Below are positions 49,697-59,186 of a DNA stretch of 64,000 bases, piece by piece. The stretch is taken from the sequence record NZ_CP120537.1; one strand, given 5' to 3'. The stretch is from a plasmid. The notes under the pieces are model-generated. The model was not told where the DNA came from. It was given only the letters and a program-made list of their open reading frames with translations, and did not search any database. Each line of letters begins with the position of its first letter. The first letter of the stretch is position 1. A program made the position numbers and the translations under genes.

Positions 49697-50260
49697 ATGG
49701 AACGCAAAACACTGACGTTAAAACGTCCGGCGATAGAAAAAGACTCGGAAAGTACTGAACCGGTTATTCAACGTCGCCGTAAACAGGTGGTGGTTAACAC
49801 ACAGCGTAAACCCCATAAACCCGCCAAAACAGCGCCAACTCAATCGACTAAAAAAGTAACCCCTGCGAAAAAACAGAAAGCGGTTGTCATCCCGTTAGAA
49901 AAGAAAGTCATTCCTCCAACGCCACCAAAACAACATCTGCCGTTAGAGGAGGCGATTGCCAATATTTCAGCCTATTGGCCACAACTCTTTCCCGATGGAC
50001 AACTTCGACCCATGGCAGTGGGGACACGAGAGGCCTTATTTGCGGACAAAAAAGTCCGTGAACTGCCTATTTCATATAAAAAATTGAAACGCAGCCTGGC
50101 GGCCATTAGTCACAGTGTCAAATACCGCACGACGATTATGCCTGGTGCAGTACGTTATGATAAAGACGGCCAACCTAACGGGGCTGTCACGGAATCGGAT
50201 GTGGCCGATACGTTAAAACGCATACAAAGACTCGCTAAACAACAATCACGACACACATGA
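49697..50260 (+). CDS. finO: FinO (FinOP fertility-inhibition RNA chaperone, ProQ/FinO family).
   Basis: Collinear with F FinO ('TLTLKRP', 'WPQLFPDGQLRPMAVGTREALFAD', 'YKKLKRSLAAISHSVKYRTTIMPGAVRYDKDG'). Confidence 0.85.
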   Translation: MERKTLTLKRPAIEKDSESTEPVIQRRRKQVVVNTQRKPHKPAKTAPTQSTKKVTPAKKQKAVVIPLEKKVIPPTPPKQHLPLEEAIANISAYWPQLFPDGQLRPMAVGTREALFADKKVRELPISYKKLKRSLAAISHSVKYRTTIMPGAVRYDKDGQPNGAVTESDVADTLKRIQRLAKQQSRHT

Positions 50261-50877
50261 CAAAAGTAATAAATCCCCCGATTTCTGTTGAAGAAAAAAA
50301 TCATTGGTTAGGTAAATTAGCCTTTTCCGCTTTAGTCGCGCTCAAGCTGGCGCAGTGGGATGGAAAAGCTGCCCGAAACGCCCAGTCCGAAAATCTTTTT
50401 CTGCTTCGCTGGCTACAAACGGCCCTGAAACAAAAACGGTTTCATCGTTGTGTCGTTCATGATTTTGAATGGCTCATTCACCTTGGCCAACAATGGCTAA
50501 TGACCTCAAAATTAAAATCACGGTTAGAATATCTGTGGCGTTCGTGTTGTTGTGATATTACCAGGCAAAGTGATTTGTTTCGTTTAACCTACGCGACCGA
50601 GCTGCTTAAAGATTTGGGCTGGGACAGTGTGGTACTCAGTGAAGACCGCTGGCAAAAACTGATTGCGAAAAAGCCGATAGTCACTGCAATTCCCACCTTC
50701 TATGTTACTGCCTCTGCTTTAACCACTGGATTCAGTGATGAAGGAAAACAGATAGACTCGGTGGCGTTTTGGGTGCTGGGTGATAAAAAACAATTTAGCG
50801 AAGTCTTCAAACAACACCATCTTTGCGGTCAGTTCGATGAAAATTTGCCACACTATACGTTGTTGTTCTTACTGTAG
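50257..50877 (+). CDS. Hypothetical protein, 206 aa; diverged fragments of a paralog occur at ~55250 and ~57045.
   Basis: ORF overlapping the finO stop; homologous fragments found elsewhere in the window. Confidence 0.5.
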   Translation: MTKVINPPISVEEKNHWLGKLAFSALVALKLAQWDGKAARNAQSENLFLLRWLQTALKQKRFHRCVVHDFEWLIHLGQQWLMTSKLKSRLEYLWRSCCCDITRQSDLFRLTYATELLKDLGWDSVVLSEDRWQKLIAKKPIVTAIPTFYVTASALTTGFSDEGKQIDSVAFWVLGDKKQFSEVFKQHHLCGQFDENLPHYTLLFLL

Positions 50878-50996
50878 GGTATGGATTTGCAGAGTTTTTC
50901 TCAAAAATACACTTAACGCACAGTTTGTGTATAGTTAGGCTTTAGTCCCTATGAGACTCAGTTGTTCGAAATTTAAGCTAAAAAAGGATATACTCC

Positions 50997-51563
50997 ATGA
51001 GAAAAATCAACATAAGCTTAAACGACTGTTTTGGTGAAAAAATCAAAATGATTAGAGAGCGAGAAAAAAATTTTTCTCCAGATATTAATTGGTTTTCTAA
51101 AATGGATATTGAACGTTTAGATACATATATGACAAAATTTCAATTCAATTCATTTGAAGAAATTCCTCAAGATATGTCTAATTTTTCATACCCACCTTTT
51201 GAGGAAATTAATTTCGAATTACCATCGCTACTCAAGCCTGAACATATAGCTAAACTTCCTCTTCAACATCAGAAAAAACCAATAATAATAGAAGTAGACG
51301 GGCTTCTTTTTTTAAAAAACCTTGGGAAAGGTGCTTTTTGTATAGACCCTCGCCGTTGGCACAGAATTAAAACTTACATAGCCCAAGGGAATGTAACTTA
51401 TCCTGAAGGGTTAAATGATGAGTTTGGTGTTTTTGATGGCCGTCACAGAACTCTTCTATTGATGCAATTATATAAGCGCAGATTTGTGCCTGTTGTCGTA
51501 GATGAAAAACAGTCTAAAGAATTTATAGCGGCTGCAAAACGATTGAAAGCGCTAAAATTCTAA
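50997..51563 (+). CDS. AT-rich hypothetical protein, 188 aa, with a 'FDGRHRTLLL' (DGQHR/ParB-Srx-like) motif.
   Basis: Motif read from the translation; ~32% GC versus ~45% in flanks. Confidence 0.5.
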   Translation: MRKINISLNDCFGEKIKMIREREKNFSPDINWFSKMDIERLDTYMTKFQFNSFEEIPQDMSNFSYPPFEEINFELPSLLKPEHIAKLPLQHQKKPIIIEVDGLLFLKNLGKGAFCIDPRRWHRIKTYIAQGNVTYPEGLNDEFGVFDGRHRTLLLMQLYKRRFVPVVVDEKQSKEFIAAAKRLKALKF

Positions 51564-51613
51564 ATTTTGATAGATATGATGTTAGGATTTCCGAGTTTTT
51601 AGTTCCACTAATT

Positions 51614-51651
51614 GGGGCCCGCTTGGAAAACAGAAAATATCCTACGTTAAG
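51614..51651 (+). repeat. 38-bp Tn3-family terminal inverted repeat, GGGGCCCGCTTGGAAAACAGAAAATATCCTACGTTAAG.
   Basis: GGGG...ACGTTAAG architecture; 33/38 identical to the inverted repeat at 57573. Confidence 0.6.
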
Positions 51652-51749
51652 GTTATGTTATATACAAATTGATATCAACTCTAGTTCCAACAAGTTTAAA
51701 AACTACAGTGGTAAAGAAAAATGCGTTCCCATTTTTAAGAGGCTAAAAG

Positions 51750-53480
51750 ATGTCAGTAATAAGAGCAATAACAATACAGAATTTTAGAAGCATAAAAGAG
51801 TTTAAGTGGCATCCAAAACCTGGGCTTAACTGTATAATTGGCCCAGGTGACACGGGAAAATCCACAATTCTAGATGCTATAGACTTAGCGCTCGGAGCGA
51901 GACGAAGTTATAATTTTACTGATGCTGATTTTCATGGTCTAAATACTCAAGAGCCTATCGTGATAACAGTCACTATCGGTTGCCTAGATGGTGAGCTCAT
52001 GAATATTGATAAATACGGCTTTTTTCTTCGTGGTTTTAACCACACATCACTTGAAATACACGATGAACCACAACCGGGTGATGAAACAGTTCTTACCATT
52101 AAACTAATAGTTGATCAGGATTTATACCCAGACTGGCGCTTGTACTCAGAAAGAGCAGAAAGTGAAGGTTTAGAGAAGCGTCTGCAATGGAAGCATAAAG
52201 AGTTACTAAGCCCAGCTAGACTTGGAACTACTACATATCAACACCTCGCTTGGGGTAACAGCTCTATCCTCAATAAACTCTCAGAAGATACCCTCGATGT
52301 TTCAGCAACACTTGCAGAATTAGGAAGACAAACTAGACAACACTTCGCAGATCAGCAAGTTGATGGTGTTAATGATGTTCTATTAAAAGTACAAAAAATC
52401 GCAAATGGATTGGGAGTACCAGTCGGTAAACTTAAAGCGCTATTAGATGTCAATGGAGTATCCCTTTCAAACGGCGCTATAAGCCTTCACAATGATGACA
52501 ATACCCCTTTACGTCAACTAGGCACTGGCTCATCTAGATTGCTTATTAGTGGGTTACAAAAGGCTGCAAGCAAATCAAACATTATTTTAGTTGATGAAGC
52601 AGAATATGGGCTAGAACCATATAGAATAACTCGTTTGCTAAATGAGTTAGGTTCCAAAGATACACAGCCAACTCAGCAGGTGTTCATTACTACACATTCA
52701 CCATATGTTCTCCGAGAGCTACAGGCTCAACAATTAAATGTATTAAGAAAAGTATCTTTAGCTACTCAAGTTTTTGGTAATACCCAAGAATCTCATAAAC
52801 TTCATAGCCTTGAAGGAAACGATGAGCAACAATCGACTTTGCGTGCTTGCGCTGAATCATTCTTCAGTAAAGCTGTAATCGTTTGTGAAGGTAAAACAGA
52901 AATTGGATATGTTCGAGGAATTGATCTTCACAATCAAAGCACGAATTACCGTAGTATTAACGCATGTGGTGTCCATTGTGCCGATGGCGGTGGAGATAGC
53001 ATGTTCGTAAGAGCGGAAATTTTTGCTCAATTAGGTTATCCCACCGCCATATTTAAAGACTCAGACAAAGCTCAGGAACATGTAGGACCTTCTCAACTGG
53101 CTGCGAGTAAAGGCATCGCTATCTATGAGTGGGGTAATAATTCTGCAACTGAAGATGTGCTTTTTATGGCTTGTCCGGCTCAGGTGATTCCTCAATTACT
53201 GGCTATTGCAATTCAGCGAAAAGGCCAAGCAGCAATCGAAGACCATATTATTGCTCACTCACAAAACCAAATAACGCTTGATGTTTGTCTAAATCACTTT
53301 CAAGAGAGTTATCGAGCGATTTTAGCCAAAGCTGCAAAAAAAAAGTCATGGTTCAAAGATATCGAACCAGCAGAAACGTTTGCACGGAATGTGATTGCTC
53401 CCAATTATGCTCAATTTTCAGAAGCTCTCACAACTACGACTAACCAACTGTTTCGATGGGCTCTAGAGCAAGGTGATTGA
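51750..53480 (+). CDS. gajA: GajA (Gabija OLD-family ATPase + TOPRIM nuclease).
   Basis: N-terminal 'IQNFRSIKEF...IIGPGDTGKSTILDAI', ABC signature 'LGTGSSRLL', Walker B 'IILVDEAE', 'TTHSP', TOPRIM 'VIVCEGKTE'; 576 aa. Confidence 0.85.
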   Translation: MSVIRAITIQNFRSIKEFKWHPKPGLNCIIGPGDTGKSTILDAIDLALGARRSYNFTDADFHGLNTQEPIVITVTIGCLDGELMNIDKYGFFLRGFNHTSLEIHDEPQPGDETVLTIKLIVDQDLYPDWRLYSERAESEGLEKRLQWKHKELLSPARLGTTTYQHLAWGNSSILNKLSEDTLDVSATLAELGRQTRQHFADQQVDGVNDVLLKVQKIANGLGVPVGKLKALLDVNGVSLSNGAISLHNDDNTPLRQLGTGSSRLLISGLQKAASKSNIILVDEAEYGLEPYRITRLLNELGSKDTQPTQQVFITTHSPYVLRELQAQQLNVLRKVSLATQVFGNTQESHKLHSLEGNDEQQSTLRACAESFFSKAVIVCEGKTEIGYVRGIDLHNQSTNYRSINACGVHCADGGGDSMFVRAEIFAQLGYPTAIFKDSDKAQEHVGPSQLAASKGIAIYEWGNNSATEDVLFMACPAQVIPQLLAIAIQRKGQAAIEDHIIAHSQNQITLDVCLNHFQESYRAILAKAAKKKSWFKDIEPAETFARNVIAPNYAQFSEALTTTTNQLFRWALEQGD

Positions 53481-54898
53481 TAATGAGCATAGAAGCAATT
53501 TTCGATAATGATGTTGGCTCTATAGTGGCTCCGGCAGGGTGCGGTAAAACCCAGTTGATCACTGATACTCTGGTGATAAAACCAAACAAGCCATATCTTG
53601 TCTTAACTCATACGACGGCAGGTGTAGCCGCTCTAAAACTAAGGTTGAAAAAATTATCTGTCCCAACAAAGAACTTCTTTGTTACAACAATAGATGGTTG
53701 GGCTTTGAAATTAGCAAAAAACTTTCCTGTTTCATGTCCTATACAAACCTCTCCTGAAAATCCAAAGGCATTCTATCCAGAGTTAAGAAGAAGTGTTCTT
53801 GCGTTACTCCAAAATGGGAACGTAAACGACATTCTAAGAGCATCATATTCACGACTACTTGTTGATGAGTACCAAGACTGTAACTTGGTGCAACATCAGG
53901 TAGTAACAGAGCTATCGTCATTAATTCCGACGACAGTTTTCGGCGATCCGATGCAGTGTATATTTAACTTCGCAGGAAGGATGCCTGACTGGAACACAGA
54001 GGTTCAAGCAAGGTTTCCTCAAATACATGAATTAACAGTACCATGGAGGTGGAATAATGCTGGTTCCCATGGTCTTGGACAGTGGGTACTCGATTGCCGA
54101 AATATATTGATCCAAGGTAATAAAATAGATCTTTCGACATGCCCTGGTTATGTTCACCACAAGCCATTGTCCGGTGTTGCAAGCACTGACTTACAAGCTC
54201 AACAAGCTGCTCAATATGATATTTTTAATAGAGCTCAAAATGAATCTTTGCTCGTAATCGGTGATTCAATAAATGCAAGATCTAGGCATAAATATGCTCA
54301 AAGTAGTAGGAATATTGATGTCGTTGAGCCAGTGCAACTCGACGATGTAGCTAATGCTGCTCGCTCTTTTGATAGTGCGCAAGGCATAGATTTGGTTGAT
54401 GCCATTCTTACCTACTCGGGTGAGATGATGACCAATGTGCAAAGGCCACAGACCCTACAAAGATTACGCACTATTCAAGCAGGGAGAAGTCGAATACCTA
54501 TCACTTCACTGGAGACTGCTCTCCTCAATGTTCTCCAGAATAGCTCTCGCAATAATATTCTGACGGCTTTGCTGCAATTAGAGTCTAAACAAGGAGCTAA
54601 AGTTTATCGCAAGGCTGCATTTTCAGCGCTGAAAGACACTATTTCACTTTCAAGCTCTATGCCTGACCAGACCATATTGGACGCCGCTTCATCAATTCGT
54701 GAGCAACTCAGGCTACATGGCGATCGACGAATATCTCGCCGCGCAATTGGATCGACACTGCTACTGAAAGGGCTAGAGTGTGATCATTCACTAATTCTTA
54801 ACGCTGATAACATGAATGCACAACATCTATACGTTGCTTTATCAAGAGGGGCAAAATCAACAACTGTTTTTTCTCAAAGCAACCTGATTGGCCCATAA
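53477..54898 (+). CDS. gajB: GajB (Gabija UvrD-like helicase).
   Basis: 'VAPAGCGKTQLI' Walker A; 'LLVDEYQD'; 'VFGDPMQCIF'; 'LYVALSRGAKSTTVF'; overlaps the gajA stop. Confidence 0.85.
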   Translation: MIMSIEAIFDNDVGSIVAPAGCGKTQLITDTLVIKPNKPYLVLTHTTAGVAALKLRLKKLSVPTKNFFVTTIDGWALKLAKNFPVSCPIQTSPENPKAFYPELRRSVLALLQNGNVNDILRASYSRLLVDEYQDCNLVQHQVVTELSSLIPTTVFGDPMQCIFNFAGRMPDWNTEVQARFPQIHELTVPWRWNNAGSHGLGQWVLDCRNILIQGNKIDLSTCPGYVHHKPLSGVASTDLQAQQAAQYDIFNRAQNESLLVIGDSINARSRHKYAQSSRNIDVVEPVQLDDVANAARSFDSAQGIDLVDAILTYSGEMMTNVQRPQTLQRLRTIQAGRSRIPITSLETALLNVLQNSSRNNILTALLQLESKQGAKVYRKAAFSALKDTISLSSSMPDQTILDAASSIREQLRLHGDRRISRRAIGSTLLLKGLECDHSLILNADNMNAQHLYVALSRGAKSTTVFSQSNLIGP

Positions 54899-55050
54899 CC
54901 ATTTAATGGGGTGTTTTGACTTAAAGAACGGTTTGTCTGATTGATTCTTAAAACGCTTTTAAAAACATAGCGTTATAATGGTTTGTTAAAATTAAAAACT
55001 TAATATTCAACATACTAATCAACTGAATATTAAGCTTATTTTTAATTTCT

Positions 55051-55329
55051 TTATTTCATAAATTCAATGCTATTAATTTCATCCTCTGTTAAAGGTAGAA
55101 ATTCTTCCATGCTGTCGGCTACACTGTGTGCATAAGCACTAATATCCTCTTCATCGACTTCACCTAAGCTATTCCTCATGCTCTCTGCAAACTCTTCGAT
55201 ATTATTGATAATATTAGCATGCAAGCTCGGATCTGCTTTAATAGCGGGGTTCAGTGATGAGGGGAAACAGGTTAACTCAGTAGAGTTTTGGGTGCTTGGG
55301 GAGAGAAAACAATTTAGTGAAGTAATCAA
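55051..55329 (-). CDS. Possible small acidic protein; its N-terminus runs into a pseudogene fragment on the other strand.
   Basis: ORF only. Confidence 0.3.
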   Translation of the reverse strand: MITSLNCFLSPSTQNSTELTCFPSSLNPAIKADPSLHANIINNIEEFAESMRNSLGEVDEEDISAYAHSVADSMEEFLPLTEDEINSIEFMK

Positions 55330-55396
55330 ACAGCACCATCTTTGTGGTCAGTTCGATGAAAATTTGCCACACTATACGTTGTTGCTATCACGTTAG
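55250..55396 (+). pseudogene. Diverged 3' fragment homologous to the end of gene 50257-50877.
   Basis: ~85% nucleotide identity to ~50730-50877; the encoded C-terminus 'GFSDEGKQ..S.EFWVLG..KQFSEV.KQHHLCGQFDENLPHYTLL' matches. Confidence 0.55.
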
Positions 55397-55564
55397 GATG
55401 TATCATATCTACAGCGTCATACACTTTAGGTAATAAACGCTCACGTTTGCGATTGGCTAAAAAATCGTAATAGCGGATCATCTTAAAATGCCGTGGTGGG
55501 TATAGAATGGGATTCCTGCGTAGAACCCATTCTGATTTATTTATAGCATAGAATAATGTAGAAT

Positions 55565-56080
55565 TTATTGTGTTGTATTCGAAGGTTTTTTACATCCTAG
55601 TTCTATAAGTGCATCAGTAATAAATGGAAATGCTGGTTGTTGCCATGGATTAATATAATTTGGTTTTAGGCTTGTTACTTCAAATTTTGTTTTATTTTTA
55701 TTGTCATAAACCCATCTCTTTGTCGTATTTATTTCTTCATACTTATCAATCTGATATTTGATGTTATCAAGAATATCTTTTAATGAGATGGATGGACAGT
55801 TCCCTGTTCCTTTTGTTACGTACTGCTGCGCCGCTTCCAAAAATCCCAAACAGTGAGAGTATTCGTTGCTTGAACCTTTTTGGGCTCCATTATTACAAAT
55901 TTTGACCAAATCTTGAATTGATGGTGCTGCATAATAGGTGGCTTTTGGTGTATCTATGTACTTGCTGATGTCACCGAATAGTTGAGAGTCAATAATTGAT
56001 GTGTTTTTACTTAATACTATTGAAGGAAAAAAAAACATCGAAAATAAAATATAACTAATTGATATGTTAGGTTTAAGCAT
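55565..56080 (-). CDS. AT-rich secreted protein, 171 aa.
   Basis: Signal peptide; Cys pairs; low GC. Confidence 0.5.
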   Translation of the reverse strand: MLKPNISISYILFSMFFFPSIVLSKNTSIIDSQLFGDISKYIDTPKATYYAAPSIQDLVKICNNGAQKGSSNEYSHCLGFLEAAQQYVTKGTGNCPSISLKDILDNIKYQIDKYEEINTTKRWVYDNKNKTKFEVTSLKPNYINPWQQPAFPFITDALIELGCKKPSNTTQ

Positions 56081-56330
56081 AATTTTATTTATCCCAATAA
56101 GTGAGATGGTGTTAGAAAAACTCTTTCTTAACTGAAGGTATACAATGTTAATCTAAAAATGCACAGTATAACATGGAGTTGGATTTTTACCGTACATGGC
56201 TAGGAATCTATGGTCACTCCTTTTTTGCAACACAGATTTTGAAGATATTGTTGGCTTGCATGAATCTATACGGCGTCTGAATCCGCACCTAATGAACCTT
56301 GTAAAATTGAGCTGCATTGGCTCCTGAGGG

Positions 56331-56377
56331 CCAATGGAACGAAAACGTACGCTAATTAGTGTACGTTTTCCGAATGG
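56331..56377. repeat. Imperfect palindrome CCAATGGAACGAAAACGTAC-GCTAATTAGT-GTACGTTTTCCGAATGG built from Tn3-IR-like inner segments (GGAACGAAAAC...).
   Basis: Read directly; resembles the inner half of the Tn3 38-bp inverted repeat. Confidence 0.35.
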
Positions 56378-56680
56378 TTGGCAGTTATCGCAGCTACCCT
56401 GTCACTGCCCCCTGAATTGTTTGTCACTTAGACATTAATGAGTGTCAATTTTGTTTAATCCCATGCCCGTTTGGTGAATAGGGTTAACATTTTTCGTGAT
56501 TTGACTGACATGATGACCTGGACGAAAAGGAATGTGATTTTTTATTTATAGTCAATGTGTCCACTAATTCATTGAAATCGTGCGATTAAATACATCTAGA
56601 TAGAGTGTGAAAATGCAAATTAGACTTCACTCGAACATTGAGAGTCGAAAAACGGACAGAAAATCGATTCTGCGTTATGA

Positions 56681-56930
56681 GGGGTTTGAAGCCTAACCGT
56701 ACGAGATCGTACGCTAAGTTTATTTTTTTAGCGGGTTTGGCGAGTAAAGAAAACGAGGGTTTTGTTTACTCTTTTCATTGATGGCAGTATCCATCAGTTT
56801 CAGACACTTCCGACGTTAATAAACTCGGTAATCAAAGTAAATCTATTCGACAACATAACGGCTTTATAGACTTAAAATCATATAGTTACTTCCTTAACGT
56901 ACGTTTCCGCACGGTTAGGCTTCAAACCCC
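56681..56930. mobile_element. ~250-bp miniature element bounded by inverted 38-bp Tn3-family inverted repeats (GGGGTTTGAAGCCTAACCGTACGAGATCGTACGCTAAG and its near-perfect inverse). Candidate Tn3-derived inverted-repeat miniature element (TIME).
   Basis: Both inverted repeats start with GGGG and end with ACG(C/T)TAAG; no ORF inside. Confidence 0.55.
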
Positions 56931-57044
56931 GATTAAGGTCCCATCAATGAGAAATATGCATAAAAAAAACATCAAATTAATGGTGTCGGATTTTTCGGCG
57001 GTTCCGGCGTGGAACCCCAATCACTAACCGTATGACAAAGACAC

Positions 57045-57178
57045 CCAATCCCTCAATTACCTTTGAAGAAAAAAATCGTTGGCTGGGTAAATTTACGTTT
57101 GCGGCTTTAGTAGCGCTCAAGATGGCGCAATGGGATGGAAAAGCTGCCTGAAACGCCCAGCCTGAAAATCTTTTTCTT
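57045..57178 (+). pseudogene. Diverged 5' fragment homologous to the start of gene 50257-50877, with an in-frame TGA.
   Basis: Alignment by eye to ~50278-50410. Confidence 0.55.
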
Positions 57179-57239
57179 CTTCCTTAGTTTTGTTATCTTA
57201 GCGTATTCTTACCTTACTTAACTTTTTCATGAGGTTTGT

Positions 57240-57548
57240 ATGCGCTATCTTCTAATTTTTCAGATTTATGATCGTAGTTGTGATATTTACCATGAAGAAA
57301 TTTTTGAAAGTTTTGAGCCTTTTATGTCATTGCATGTCGGTGATCATGTCAACCCTAATAGCCTTCCCAAATTAGCTTCATTGGCTGAGACGATTATTCA
57401 TCCTTTAGGCGGTAAATTTAAGCTCCAAGTTTCTGAGATTGAACATATGTTCCATTCTACTAATGATCTCGACAAAGGTGGTTTTGTAGAACATTCTGTT
57501 GGAGGGCATACGACTCTAATTACGTTGCAAAAATCGACAGAGGAGTGA
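57240..57548 (+). CDS. Hypothetical protein, 102 aa.
   Basis: ORF only. Confidence 0.45.
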   Translation: MRYLLIFQIYDRSCDIYHEEIFESFEPFMSLHVGDHVNPNSLPKLASLAETIIHPLGGKFKLQVSEIEHMFHSTNDLDKGGFVEHSVGGHTTLITLQKSTEE

Positions 57549-57572
57549 AGCACTAAGCAGGGTAAATAAGTA

Positions 57573-57610
57573 GGGGTTCGCTTGGGAAACGGAAATTATC
57601 CTACGTTAAG
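57573..57610 (+). repeat. 38-bp Tn3-family terminal inverted repeat, GGGGTTCGCTTGGGAAACGGAAATTATCCTACGTTAAG. Probable left end of the TA-tnpR-tnpA module.
   Basis: Canonical GGGG...ACGTTAAG architecture. Confidence 0.6.
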
Positions 57611-57851
57611 CTGGTGATGGACAGCACATCAAAGGTACAGATGAACTACTTCTGTCAGCAATATTCAGGATATTTTTGGTTTGCGAAATGGATGGAGCGA
57701 CTGGCTCAGGGGATTGCTGATGGTGTTATCGAGGTTCCGAAAGACCGCTAAAATAGTAGACCGGAAATTCCGGCGCGGCGTAGAACCCCATAACCATAGT
57801 CGAACTACAGTAACTTCCTATACACGAGTGCTTCATGCCCCGTTAAGTAGA

Positions 57852-58127
57852 TTAATATTGGCTAAAAATATCTTGGTGAGAACCCGTTCTCGCTAACTTT
57901 AATTCTTGACCAGTAATTTTATAAATTAGTAGCCAATCGCCTTCAATATGAGCATCTCTATATCCTCGCCAATTACCTGTTAAAGGGTGGTCTACATAGT
58001 CCGCAGGGATCTGTTCTTCCTTTATTAGTAACTCAATTAATACTTTTAGCTTGTTTAAATCCTTCCCTCTTTTTTTTTGTCGCTTAACATCCGCCTTAAA
58101 AGCACTAGAACGAATAGGAGTTAGCAT
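57852..58127 (-). CDS. yafQ: YafQ/RelE-family type II toxin.
   Basis: 'DVKRQKKRGKDLNKLKVLIELLI...DHPLTGNWRGYRDAHIEGDWLLIYK' closely parallels E. coli YafQ. Confidence 0.8.
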   Translation of the reverse strand: MLTPIRSSAFKADVKRQKKRGKDLNKLKVLIELLIKEEQIPADYVDHPLTGNWRGYRDAHIEGDWLLIYKITGQELKLARTGSHQDIFSQY

Positions 58128-58384
58128 CAGATCCCCAAATCATCGAAAAGTGCATTGGTTGAAGAAAATGCTTTTCCATTCCCTTTTTCTAATTCTTCAA
58201 TTGCCTCTTTAGTCACAACATTTGGTGTTTTGATATCAAATGGTAGTTTTCCTTCATCGGCAACACGAATCATAACCATACGGATAAGATCAGATGTATT
58301 TAAGCCCATCTTTGCAAGTGCAGATACAGCTCGTTCTTTGACATCTTGAGAAATTCTAGCTTTAACAGTCGTATCAGAAATCAT
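58127..58384 (-). CDS. dinJ: DinJ/RelB-family antitoxin; start at internal Met MISDTTVKARI.
   Basis: 86 aa, collinear with E. coli DinJ; stop overlaps the yafQ start. Confidence 0.8.
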   Translation of the reverse strand: MISDTTVKARISQDVKERAVSALAKMGLNTSDLIRMVMIRVADEGKLPFDIKTPNVVTKEAIEELEKGNGKAFSSTNALFDDLGI

Positions 58385-58556
58385 ATTATTATCCTCATGT
58401 GTTATCACTCTTTTATTGTGTGCCTGATGTGCCCACAAATCAAGCTTTTTTGAAGTTTATGTTTACTATGGGCTCTTTTAGGGGGGCTAGCCCACTTCAT
58501 CGAAAAGCCCAAATTTTGCTCGTAACACATTGATATCATAACTATGGATAAGTCAT

Positions 58557-59186
58557 TTATTTCGCTGCTTTCATCGATTTTGATACCTTTGAAATCGTAT
58601 GTCTTGAACAACCTATCAGGTTTTCTATCTGACTATAGCTTTTCCCTTCCATCAGCAAGCCTTTAATATTTTGGTGTAATATTTTATTGATCGGGCGACC
58701 TTTATATTTTCCTTCTTGTTTGGCTTTTTGCACTCCTTGGGCTTGGCGACGGCGTCTATCCTCATAATCCTTTCTCGCAATTGCAGCCAGCATGTCTAAC
58801 ATCATACCGTTAAGAGCCGCGAGCATTCGTTCTGTAAACGCATCAGTGCTACTCATAAATTGATAACTGGTTGGAAGATCTAAAGACACAATCTTTAGCC
58901 CTTTATGTCCAATGAGATATTTTAATTTTTCCCAGTCATCCGTATTCAAGCGGCTAATTCTATCCACTTGTTCAACTAAGATAATATCACCTGCCATGGC
59001 CACATTGAGCAAGCGGAAGAGTTCTGGTCGGTGAAGTTGAGCACCCGACTCATTCTCCTCAAACCAGCAGGCAATTTGCAGCCCCATTCCTTCCACAAAC
59101 CTAAGTAGTTCTTTTTTTGCTCTAGACGCATCTTGCTCATGCGTTGATGCGCGAAGATACCCATAAATTCGTGTATTTGTATTCAT
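58557..59186 (-). CDS. tnpR: Serine recombinase (Tn3-family resolvase).
   Basis: 'RIYGYLRASTHEQD' catalytic Ser motif; C-terminal HTH; divergent from tnpA. Confidence 0.85.
   Translation of the reverse strand: MNTNTRIYGYLRASTHEQDASRAKKELLRFVEGMGLQIACWFEENESGAQLHRPELFRLLNVAMAGDIILVEQVDRISRLNTDDWEKLKYLIGHKGLKIVSLDLPTSYQFMSSTDAFTERMLAALNGMMLDMLAAIARKDYEDRRRRQAQGVQKAKQEGKYKGRPINKILHQNIKGLLMEGKSYSQIENLIGCSRHTISKVSKSMKAAK

Noticed and set aside
55178-55249. ORF 55178-55396 (72 aa) treated as a gene.
   Set aside because: Its 3' two-thirds is a pseudogene fragment of the 50257 paralog, and the 5' part is unrelated fused sequence. Chimeric, not a real gene.
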